30,312 nt of DNA. Source: Candidatus Rokuibacteriota bacterium (GTDB lineage: Bacteria > Methylomirabilota > Methylomirabilia > Rokubacteriales > DASRDR01). Shown piece after piece: positions 16,405 through 25,134 of this stretch. The stretch is from positions 1 through 30,312 of the forward strand of contig JBIOTN010000142.1 of the NCBI GenBank assembly GCA_044866005.1. Reading direction: 5' to 3'. The translations under genes were made by a program, and so were the position numbers. Below the pieces are notes generated by a model. It was not told the origin of the DNA. It ran no database searches and saw only the letters and a list, made by a program, of their open reading frames with translations. The stretch's first letter is position 1. Every line of letters starts with the position of its first letter.

Positions 16405-18068
16405 CAGTCCTCCCGGTCTGGCGCCAGGAGAAACGGCGACCTGTCGCTGACGAAGTACTCGTACCGCCCCACGAGCTCGGCGACCCGTTGCTCCCAGTCG
16501 CGCACCTTCTGTCGCGCCTGCACTGCGTGGGGCCCGGAGGGGGCGAGCGCGAGATAGCGCTGCATCTCCCGGATCGCGCCCGGCGTCATCACCGGCTCGC
16601 CGCCCAGGGTGAGGGCGAGGTTATAGTAGCCCTCCGGCCACCACGGGGCGATCTCGAGAGCCTGACCATAGGCCTGCTGAGCCAGCGCCCGGTCGCCCTG
16701 CGCCAGGAACGCCTCGGCTTCCCTCGCGTACCGCAGCGCGAGCCCTGGCGGCAGCGGTTTTAGCGGAAGCCGCCGGTACACGGCGAAGAGCCGATCCTCC
16801 GCCGGGCGCCGCTCGCCCTGGTCAATGCCGGGGACGAACTGGCGGAACACGCCCAGCGCCGCCGAGTAGTGCTTGAGCGCGGCGTAGTGGGAGCCGGCCC
16901 GCTCCGCGCGCTCCGCGAAATCCCAGATGGCGCGGTAGACTAGCTGACGAGCCTCCGAGCTTGAGGCGCCGGGACGGCGCGCCCGAAACGCGTCCCACGC
17001 AGTCGGCCATCCCTCCGCGCCGTACAGGACGGCGACGAGCCACTCGTGAAGCGCACGGTCGCCGGGGTCGAGCTGCACGGCCTCGCGAAGGGTGGCCGCG
17101 GCACGCACGTAGTCGCCGGTGACGGCCTGGGCGACCCCCATTACACCGACGATGGTGGCACCGGGCGTCGCGTCCACCGCCCGAAGATTCTCGAGCGCCC
17201 AAGCCGCCTGGGCGTAGCGATGGAGCCGGAAGAGCGCTTGACCCAGCAGTGACCAGGCCGTTGGCTCTCGCGGGCGCAGCTCGACCGCGGCGAGCGATTC
17301 TTTCCTGGCGGCTTCCGGATTGCCGCGCTCCAAAGCCGTCACGCCTTGCGAGAGGCGAGCCATGACCTCTTGTCCAAGAAGCGCCTCGAAGGGCTGAAAT
17401 CCCATCAGGGTGACGGCCTTGCCCTTCTTACCTCGTCTGAAGTACGCCTCACCCACTTCGCGAGCGATACGCGTATGCGTGTCGAGTTGATACCGGTTCA
17501 TGACGTAGAGGAGGTTTCCCTGTCGGTCGGCCGCCGGAAAGGCGGAAAACACTCGGGCCGCGCGGGCTATCGCCTGCTCGGCGAGCTCGAGCTCACCTCG
17601 GGCAACATACGCCCGCGCCATCCCGAGATTCGCCGCGTACGCTTCCCGAGGCGGCGCGTTCGACACGAGGGCACGTCGCCAAGCCTCCAGCGCCCCGTCG
17701 AGTACACCACGCGCGAAGTGACCGAATCCTGTTGCAACCAGGGCCTCGGCCGCTTCCTCGGCCGTCTGGGCCGGCCGGTCCTTCTCGCCGTCCGCGCCAT
17801 CGCCTTCCTCTTCGTCCTCTTCTATGCCGTTAGCTACCTCAACGTGCATCCCAGGCACGCCTTCAGGGAGCTCGACCTCTTCTTCGTCTTCTTCTCGCTG
17901 CCCCTCTTCAGCTGGGCCAACCGGCTCCGCTGCACGTTCTACGTCGGTTCCGGTGGAGCGGGCGCTCTTCTCTCTCAGGACATCAGGGCGGCTGAGTTGA
18001 TCGCCCATGAGGGCGGTGACGAGGAGCAGGAGCACGGGAGTGAGCAGGACTGGGGCGCGGCGGGACAT
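16401..18068 (-). CDS. Large TPR protein with N-terminal hydrophobic segment and acidic tract (about 555 aa)
   Basis: MSRRAPVLLTPVLLLLVTALMG; EEGQREEDEEEVE...EEDEEEGDGADGEKD; TPR units (AWSLLGQALFRLHRYAQAA, AYGQALEIAPWWPEGYYNLAL, MQRYLALAP). Start is inferred because the frame is open into the cytochrome c gene. Confidence 0.7.
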   Translation of the reverse strand: MSRRAPVLLTPVLLLLVTALMGDQLSRPDVLREKSARSTGTDVERAAEPVGPAEEGQREEDEEEVELPEGVPGMHVEVANGIEEDEEEGDGADGEKDRPAQTAEEAAEALVATGFGHFARGVLDGALEAWRRALVSNAPPREAYAANLGMARAYVARGELELAEQAIARAARVFSAFPAADRQGNLLYVMNRYQLDTHTRIAREVGEAYFRRGKKGKAVTLMGFQPFEALLGQEVMARLSQGVTALERGNPEAARKESLAAVELRPREPTAWSLLGQALFRLHRYAQAAWALENLRAVDATPGATIVGVMGVAQAVTGDYVRAAATLREAVQLDPGDRALHEWLVAVLYGAEGWPTAWDAFRARRPGASSSEARQLVYRAIWDFAERAERAGSHYAALKHYSAALGVFRQFVPGIDQGERRPAEDRLFAVYRRLPLKPLPPGLALRYAREAEAFLAQGDRALAQQAYGQALEIAPWWPEGYYNLALTLGGEPVMTPGAIREMQRYLALAPSGPHAVQARQKVRDWEQRVAELVGRYEYFVSDRSPFLLAPDREDW

Positions 18069-18121
18069 CAACGGGCGTTCAGTGGCTACGCCACTATTCG
18101 ACCTCTGGAGGCTGACGCCGC

Positions 18122-18151
18122 ACCGTATCACGGATGGCGTAGCCTCCGCAA
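18122..18151 (-). promoter_or_regulatory. Possible sigma70 promoter of the low-GC three-gene operon
   Basis: Minus strand TTGCGG, 18 nt, TACGGT with extended -10 TG. Confidence 0.4.
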
Positions 18152-18221
18152 GGCCGCCTGGTCTCGTCGCCCGTGAGACGTCGGCAATGAACGGGGGTAT
18201 GGCACCCGAATTTTTGGAGAA

Positions 18222-18629
18222 TCGGCGGCGCTCGGGCGGCGCTCTCGCGGCGGGCGCGCCCGGCAGCGCCCGCAGGTAGGCCACGAGCGCCTCGATCTCG
18301 GCCTCGCCCAGGGCGAAGCCGAACGAGGGCATCCCGGGCTTCCCGAAGCTCGCCCCCCCGTGGCGGATGAGGTCGCGCAGGTAGCCGTCCGGTAAGGCCG
18401 CCGTCCGGGGGTCCGCCAGGTTGCCCGGCTGGAGCAGGAGGAACCGCGCCCGCCACGCGCCGCCCCGCCCGTCGGCGCCGTGGCAGCTCGCGCAGTGAGC
18501 CCGAAAGAGCGCGCGCCCCGGCTCCGGACCCGGCGGGCCCGGCGGCACCGGCGCGACCAGGAGCGCGGTGAGCGCCGCGGCGAGGCCGAGGAGGAGCGCC
18601 CCGGCGGCCCAGGCGAGGGCGCGCCTCAC
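18222..18629 (-). CDS. Membrane-anchored or exported monoheme class I cytochrome c; no stop codon of its own, 3' end approximate
   Basis: GTGA overlap with the LivF-like stop; hydrophobic N-terminus; GRALFRAHCASCHGADGRG (CxxCH), distal GMPSFG, EIEALVAYLRAL; frame stays open to 16401. Confidence 0.85.
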
Positions 18630-19375
18630 CCGCCGCGTCCGCCCGGCCCGAGCTCGAGCAGCGTCTCGCGGACGCGAGGGTGCTCGAGGAGCGCCGGGCC
18701 GCTCGCCTCGACGACCACCTGGCCGCCGTCCAGGAGGTAGCCGCGGTCGGCCAGCCGGCAGAGTCGCCGGACGTGCTGCCCGGCGGCCAGCGCCGTGACG
18801 CCGTGACGCCGGACCAGCTCCCGGAGGGCCGCGCCGAACGCGGCGACGACCGGCGCGGCCAGGCCGAGGAACGGGTCGTCGAGCAGGAGCAGGCGGGGGC
18901 GGGCCATGAGGCCGCGGCCGAGGGCGACCATCTGCTGCTCGCCGCCCGAGAGGACGCGAGCCGGCGTGTCGCGCCGGGCCCGGACCAGGGGGAAGAGCCG
19001 CTCGACGAAGGCCAGGCTCGTCGCCGCGTCCTGCCGGGCGGCCGGGAGATAGGCGCCGAGCTCGAGGTTCTCGCGCACGGTCAGCTCGTCGAAGAGCCGC
19101 CGGCCTTCGGGGATCGCCGCCACGCCGAAGGCGGCGATCCGGTACGGGGCGAGGCCGTCGAGCCGGGTCCCGGCGAGCGCGATCCGCCCCGCCCGGATGC
19201 GGAGGAGGCCCGCGATGGCGCGGAGAAGCGTCGTCTTCCCCGCGCCGCTCGGGCCGAGCAGGGCGACGAGCTCCCCCGGCCGGACTTCCAGCGACGCCTC
19301 GCGCAGGACGAGCGCGGCCCCGTAGCCCGCGCTCACCCGCTCGACGGTCAGGAGCGGCGCGGCGCCGGGGCTCAC
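18626..19375 (-). CDS. Branched-chain amino acid-type ABC ATPase, LivF-like (249 aa)
   Basis: GPSGAGKTT, IPEGRRLF..LTVRENLELGAY, LSGGEQQMVALGRGLMARPRLLLLDDP. Confidence 0.9.
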   Translation of the reverse strand: MSPGAAPLLTVERVSAGYGAALVLREASLEVRPGELVALLGPSGAGKTTLLRAIAGLLRIRAGRIALAGTRLDGLAPYRIAAFGVAAIPEGRRLFDELTVRENLELGAYLPAARQDAATSLAFVERLFPLVRARRDTPARVLSGGEQQMVALGRGLMARPRLLLLDDPFLGLAAPVVAAFGAALRELVRRHGVTALAAGQHVRRLCRLADRGYLLDGGQVVVEASGPALLEHPRVRETLLELGPGGRGG

Positions 19376-19950
19376 CGGGCGGTCGCCAGGAGGTCGAAGG
19401 ACACGCTCACCTCGTCCTTGATCGGGTTCAAGAAGCTGTCGTAGGCCACGCCGAAGTCGCGCCGGTTCACGGTGAGCTGGCCGACGACGCGGATCGTTCC
19501 CGCGGCCGGGGTCACGGTGACCGGCACGCTGACCGGCCGGGTGACGCCGCGAATCGTCAGCTCCCCTCGCACGACGAGGCGCTCGCCCTCCCGCCGCACG
19601 GCCGAGGCGACGAAGGTGGCCTCGGGGAAGCGCGCGGCGTCGAAGAACTCCGCGCTGCGCAGGTGGTTGTCCCGCATGCGGATACCCGTGTCGATGGAGG
19701 CCACCTCGACGCTGACCCGGCCCGAGGCGGTCTCGGGCCGCCCGGCCTCGACGCGGAACTCGCCGCTCACGCGGTGGAACGTCCCGTCGGCGTTCATGAG
19801 GCGCGAGACCGCGTGAAAGCGGATCTGGCTCCGGGCGGGGTCGAGCGCGTAGACGCGGGTGGGCTGGGCCGCGGCGGGCGTCAGGCCGAGGGCGGCGAGG
19901 CACCCGAGCGCGAGCGCGAGCCGCCGGACGGGGGCCCTCACCTGGCTCAC
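19372..19950 (-). CDS. YceI-family lipid/polyisoprenoid-binding protein (192 aa)
   Basis: Signal peptide; YALDPARSQIRF, ASIDTGIRMRDNHLRSAEFFDAARFPEATF, GELTIRGVTRPV, VNRRDFGV; GTGA overlaps on both sides. Confidence 0.92.
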   Translation of the reverse strand: MSQVRAPVRRLALALGCLAALGLTPAAAQPTRVYALDPARSQIRFHAVSRLMNADGTFHRVSGEFRVEAGRPETASGRVSVEVASIDTGIRMRDNHLRSAEFFDAARFPEATFVASAVRREGERLVVRGELTIRGVTRPVSVPVTVTPAAGTIRVVGQLTVNRRDFGVAYDSFLNPIKDEVSVSFDLLATAR

Positions 19951-20681
19951 CCCTCCTCCTCGCCGAGATACGCCTCGGCGACCCGGCGGGAGGCGAGGAC
20001 CTCCGCGGGTGCCCCCTCGGCGACCAGGTCGCCCTGGTCGAGGACCAGGACGCGATCGGCCAGGGACGCGAGCGTCCCGACGGCATGCTCGATGGCGAGG
20101 ACGGTCAGCCCGCGCTCCCGGAGCCGCCCGTAGAAGCGCGCGAGCTCCTCGCGTCCCCGGGGCGGCAGACCCGAGCCCAGCTCGTCGAGCAAGAGCAGGC
20201 GCGGCTCGGGGGCAAGGGCGCAGGCCAGCTCGAGTCGCTTCTGCTGGCCCAGCGAGAGCGCGTGCGCCGCGGTCGATGCCTCGTCCGCGAGTCCCACGAG
20301 CGCGAGCAGGCCTTCGGCGCGCTGGCGGCGATCGCGCGGGTCGGCGCGGCCGCGGCGGCCGAACGTCACGCCGACGAGGACGTTGTCGAGGGCCGAGAGG
20401 GCGGGGAAGAGCCGCGCGATCTGGAAGGTGCGCCCGATGCCGAGCGCGGCGATCCGGTGCGGCGGGAGCCGGGTGAGGTCGGCGTCCCCGAAGCGCACCG
20501 TCCCGCGGGTCGGGCGGGTCAGGCCGCTGACGATATCGAAGAGGGTGGTCTTGCCCGCGCCGTTCGGGCCGAGCAGGGCGACCAGCGCGCCGGGCTCCAC
20601 GTCGAAGGTGACGTCGCGGAGGGCGAGGAGCCCGCCGAAGGACTTGCTGACGCGGTCAAGCGTGAGCCGGGCCGGCATCAC
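19947..20681 (-). CDS. Branched-chain amino acid-type ABC ATPase, LivG-like (start 20681 or 20678)
   Basis: SKSFGGLLAL, GPNGAGKTT, GIGRTFQ, LSLGQQKRLELA, LLLLDE, IEH, VAEAYLG. Confidence 0.92.
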   Translation of the reverse strand: MMPARLTLDRVSKSFGGLLALRDVTFDVEPGALVALLGPNGAGKTTLFDIVSGLTRPTRGTVRFGDADLTRLPPHRIAALGIGRTFQIARLFPALSALDNVLVGVTFGRRGRADPRDRRQRAEGLLALVGLADEASTAAHALSLGQQKRLELACALAPEPRLLLLDELGSGLPPRGREELARFYGRLRERGLTVLAIEHAVGTLASLADRVLVLDQGDLVAEGAPAEVLASRRVAEAYLGEEEG

Positions 20682-21603
20682 GAGCGGCGCGGCGGCCGGC
20701 GAGGCCCCGCGGGAGCAGGAGCACGACGAGGACGAGGGCCACGGCGTAGGGCAGCTCGTGCAGGCGGGGCAGCGTCGGCTGGAGCAGGAGCTCCGAGCCG
20801 AGGTAGAGGACGAGCGCGCCGAGGGGGGGGCCCAGGAGCGCGTGGACGCCGCCGAACGTGGCCATGACGAGCGGGAGGATGGAGAGGCCCCGGCCGAAGA
20901 CGAGGTCGGGCTCGACGACGCGCACCGCGTGGACGTAGAGCGCGCCGGCGGCCGCGGTCAGCGTCCCGGAGCAGACGAAGGCCAGGACCTTGTAGGCCGT
21001 CGCCGGCACGCCGAGGAGCTGGGCGCGTTGCTCGCGCTCCCGGATCGCTGCCCACGCGAGGCCGACGCGACTGCGGCGGAGCGCAGCGGAGAGAGCCAGG
21101 ACCAGGACGAGGAGGGCGAGCGCGAGGTAGTAGCCGGCGGCGCGGTCCCGCGCCGGGTCGGCCCCGCCGCCGAGGACCGGGAGCGGGGGGATCCCCACGA
21201 GCCCGGCCCCGCCGCCGGTCAGGCCGGTCCAGTTGAGCGCGACGAGCCGGCCCCCCTCCGCGTAGGCGAGCGTGGCCAGCGCCAGGTAGGCGCCGCCGAG
21301 CCGGTGCGCGGCCAGGCCGATCGGGAGCGCGACGAGCCCGCCGACGAGCGCCGCCGCGCCGACGCCGACCCACGGGTTCCAGCCGGCCCGCTGGGCCAGG
21401 AGCGCGCTCGCGTAGGCGCCCGCGCCGAAGTAGACCGCGTGGCCGAAGGAGATCTGGCCGGCGAAGGCCAGGAGGCTCCACGCGCTCGCCAGCGAACCCC
21501 AGAGGAGCGCCATGGCGGAGAGGTAGAGGTAGTAGGGATGGAACCCGGTCAGGGGCGGGAGGACGAGCGCCGCCCCGAGCGCCGTCGCCGCGAGGAGCCT
21601 CAT
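20656..21603 (-). CDS. ABC permease, LivM-like (315 aa)
   Basis: AGQISFGHAVYFGAGAY, GAYLALATLAYAE, LTGGGAGL, GLAWAAIRERE..AQLLGV...YKVLAF, GPPLGA, PRGL; ATGA overlap with the LivH-like gene. Confidence 0.9.
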   Translation of the reverse strand: MRLLAATALGAALVLPPLTGFHPYYLYLSAMALLWGSLASAWSLLAFAGQISFGHAVYFGAGAYASALLAQRAGWNPWVGVGAAALVGGLVALPIGLAAHRLGGAYLALATLAYAEGGRLVALNWTGLTGGGAGLVGIPPLPVLGGGADPARDRAAGYYLALALLVLVLALSAALRRSRVGLAWAAIREREQRAQLLGVPATAYKVLAFVCSGTLTAAAGALYVHAVRVVEPDLVFGRGLSILPLVMATFGGVHALLGPPLGALVLYLGSELLLQPTLPRLHELPYAVALVLVVLLLPRGLAGRRAARDAGPAHA

Positions 21604-22478
21604 GCTCGGGGCGCCGCCGGCCGCGGCTCCGGGCGGCAGAGGAGGAGGACCGCGAGGAGCAGGGCCGCGACGACCAGCTCGCGCCAGCGTGGCCCGGCCA
21701 GCACGAGCGCCGCGGATTCGGTGAGGCCCACGAGCAGGCCGCCGACGAGCAGCCCCGCGGGCCGGCCGGGCCCGAAGACGGCGCCGAAGATGGCGAGCGT
21801 CACCGCGAGGAGGGTGAGGTCCACCCCGGCCGCCGGGTGCAGATAGTGGAGGCCGGCGAAGAGGACGCCGCCCGCGCCCGCCATGGCCGCCGCCGCGGCG
21901 AAGGCCAGCGTGCCCACGCGGTCCGTGTTCACGCCCATGAGGGCCGCGGCCTCCGCGTCGCGACCGGTCGCGCGGAGCGCGGCCCCGTAGCGCGTGCGGT
22001 CGAGGAAGAGCTGGAGGCCGAGCACGGTCACCAGGCCCACGCCCCCGGCGGTCGCGCGCGCGGGCGAGAGCCCGAGGGCGGTGGGTCCGGCGGGAGCGGC
22101 GGCGTCGGGCGCGATGAGCCGGTAGTCGCCCGACCACCCGGCGAGCATCGCGTTCTGCAGGAGGAGGGAGAGCCCGAAGGTGAGGGTGAGGCTGTTGAGC
22201 TCGACCGGCTCCCGGACGCGCGCCAGAAGCGCGCGCCAGAGAAGGCCGAGCGGGACGAGGGCCGCCGCCGCGATGGCAGCGAGGGCGAGCATCGGCAGGT
22301 CGAACAGGCGCGCGGCGGTGTAGCCGACGTAGCCGCCCAGGATCACCAGCTCCCCGTGCGCGAGGTTGAGCGCGCGGGTCAGCGCGAAGATCGCCGCGAA
22401 GGAGAGGGCCAGGAACGCGTAGAAGGCCCCGTTGGCGAGGCCGGCGACGAGCGCCTGGCCGACCGTCGTCAACGACAT
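21600..22478 (-). CDS. ABC permease, LivH-like (292 aa)
   Basis: GLANGAFYAFLAL, LNLAHGELVILGGY, RTRYGAALRATGRDAEAAALMGVN, GGLLVGLTE. Confidence 0.9.
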   Translation of the reverse strand: MSLTTVGQALVAGLANGAFYAFLALSFAAIFALTRALNLAHGELVILGGYVGYTAARLFDLPMLALAAIAAAALVPLGLLWRALLARVREPVELNSLTLTFGLSLLLQNAMLAGWSGDYRLIAPDAAAPAGPTALGLSPARATAGGVGLVTVLGLQLFLDRTRYGAALRATGRDAEAAALMGVNTDRVGTLAFAAAAAMAGAGGVLFAGLHYLHPAAGVDLTLLAVTLAIFGAVFGPGRPAGLLVGGLLVGLTESAALVLAGPRWRELVVAALLLAVLLLCRPEPRPAAPRA

Positions 22479-22518
22479 CGCGGGCCCCGCACCCGGCGTC
22501 GCTGCGCCGCGCGCGGCA

Positions 22519-23736
22519 CTAGGGGCGCGAGGAGACGAGCCGCCCCGTGGCGAACTCGGGCGGGTAGACCACGACGTGCCGGCCCCCCTGGATCTGGACG
22601 ATCACCCGCCGATAGAAGAGCGGGTCGCCGTGACGGTCGAACTTCACACGCCCCAGCGGCGTCTCGACGTCCAGACGCGCCAGGGCCGCGCGCACGGCCT
22701 CGCCGCCCGGCTCGGCGCCGTCGCGGAGCACGGCCGCCAGGCCGGCCAGCAGGGCGCGCGCGGCCGCGTAGCCGTGCATGCTGAGCGGGATCGCGTCCTG
22801 GTTGAAGCGCCGGCGGTAGGCCTCGACGAACGCGAGCGACTCCCCTCGCGCGGCCGGCACGAAGACGCCGGGCTGCCACGCGGTCGTGCCGAGGAGCCCC
22901 TCGGCCGCGCGGCCGAGCTCCTGGATCACGGCCGGGAACTCGAGCCCGAAGGCGCCGACGAAGGCCCCGACGCGCACGCCGGTCTGCGCCATCTGCCGGA
23001 CCAGGAGGAGATGGTCCGCGAAGAACGCGTCGGAGAGGAGCACCTCGGCCTGGCGGTCGCGGACCTTCAGGAGGAGCGGGGTGAAGTCGGAGAGGCCGGG
23101 CGAGAACGCCTCGAAGAACGGGACCTCGATGCCGGCACTCGCGAAGGCCGCCCGCTGACGCTCGGCGAGCTGGCTAGACCCCGGCGTCGCGGAGTGGAGG
23201 ATCGCGACCCGGCGCGCCCGCACGACGTCGCGGACGAGCCCGACGGTGGCGTCGACATAGGGCTCGAGGCGCGACACGCGGAAGAAGTACCGGTACCCGC
23301 GCCGGGAGAGCCGCTCGTCGAGCGAGGCGGTCGCGACGTACGGGGTGCCGGCGCGCTCGGCGACCTCGCTGACCGGCCCCACCAGGCTGTCGACGTACCC
23401 GCCGACGAGCGCGCTGACGCGGTGGCGGGCGGTCAGCTCCTCGGCGGCCGCGATGGCTCGCGCCGGCTTGCCTTCGTCGTCCCGGGTGAGGAGCCGGACG
23501 GGCCGGCCCTCGACGCCGCCGCGGGCGTTCGCCTCGTCCACGGCGAGCTGGATGCCCTGCGCGACGGCGAGGCCCTGGGCCGCGAGGAGGCCGGTCCGCG
23601 AGTTGATCTCGCCGACCACGATCGGCTCCGCCGCCCCCGCCGGGACGGCGCCTGCCGCCGCGCTCGTCTGCAGGACAAGGGCGAGAGAAAGCGCCGCTCG
23701 ACGGAAGGTGGGACCGAGGTCGGGACGTAACGTCAT
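22519..23736 (-). CDS. Substrate-binding protein, LivJ/K-type (405 aa)
   Basis: Signal-like N-terminus; EPIVVGEINSRTG, LAVDEANARGGVEGRPVRL...DD, YRYFFRV, DFTPLLLKVR, ETPLGRVKFD, VVVYP. Confidence 0.9.
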   Translation of the reverse strand: MTLRPDLGPTFRRAALSLALVLQTSAAAGAVPAGAAEPIVVGEINSRTGLLAAQGLAVAQGIQLAVDEANARGGVEGRPVRLLTRDDEGKPARAIAAAEELTARHRVSALVGGYVDSLVGPVSEVAERAGTPYVATASLDERLSRRGYRYFFRVSRLEPYVDATVGLVRDVVRARRVAILHSATPGSSQLAERQRAAFASAGIEVPFFEAFSPGLSDFTPLLLKVRDRQAEVLLSDAFFADHLLLVRQMAQTGVRVGAFVGAFGLEFPAVIQELGRAAEGLLGTTAWQPGVFVPAARGESLAFVEAYRRRFNQDAIPLSMHGYAAARALLAGLAAVLRDGAEPGGEAVRAALARLDVETPLGRVKFDRHGDPLFYRRVIVQIQGGRHVVVYPPEFATGRLVSSRP

Positions 23737-23752
23737 GGGCGGGGGAGGCAGA

Positions 23753-23827
23753 CCCGATCCGTTCGCCGAACGGCCCGGCTGCGCCGGGAGGGCCGTCGGA
23801 GGGGGGCGGGCAGCCCCCCTCCGAAGA

Positions 23828-23830
<3 letters not shown>
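23753..23830 (-). repeat. REP-like hairpin repeat after the sugar ATPase stop
   Basis: Minus strand TGA-TCT-TCGGAGGGGGGC TGCCC GCCCCCCTCCGA-CGGCCCTCCC..., a 12-bp stem followed by smaller stems. Confidence 0.6.
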
Positions 23831-24919
<1,089 letters not shown>

Positions 24920-25080
24920 CGGGTGCTCCCTCGACCTCGCGTGCGGGTTTCAGGTTCGGGCGGGCGGCCGGGCGCGCCGCGCGCTGCCGCCGCCCCGTAT
25001 TCTACTTGAGTCTGGCAGGCTTCCGAAAGGGTACCGCCGACTGGCCTGGCCCGGTGGTGTGCGGGCCGCGACGTGGCCCC

Positions 25081-25109
25081 AGAATGGGCGGTCCGCCGGT
25101 CGCTGTCAA
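25081..25109 (-). promoter_or_regulatory. Putative promoter for the MalK/UgpC ATPase
   Basis: Minus strand TTGACA (25109-25104), 17 nt, CATTCT; an alternative -10 TAGAAT lies at 25004-24999. Confidence 0.45.
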
Positions 25110-25134
25110 GCCTGCGCCTGGCCGCGCTGCCGGC

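Noticed and set aside
18100..18150. Bulged hairpin as an integron attC site or known riboswitch
   Set aside because: No RYYYAAC/GTTRRRY ends, no integrase, and no riboswitch consensus that I recognise.
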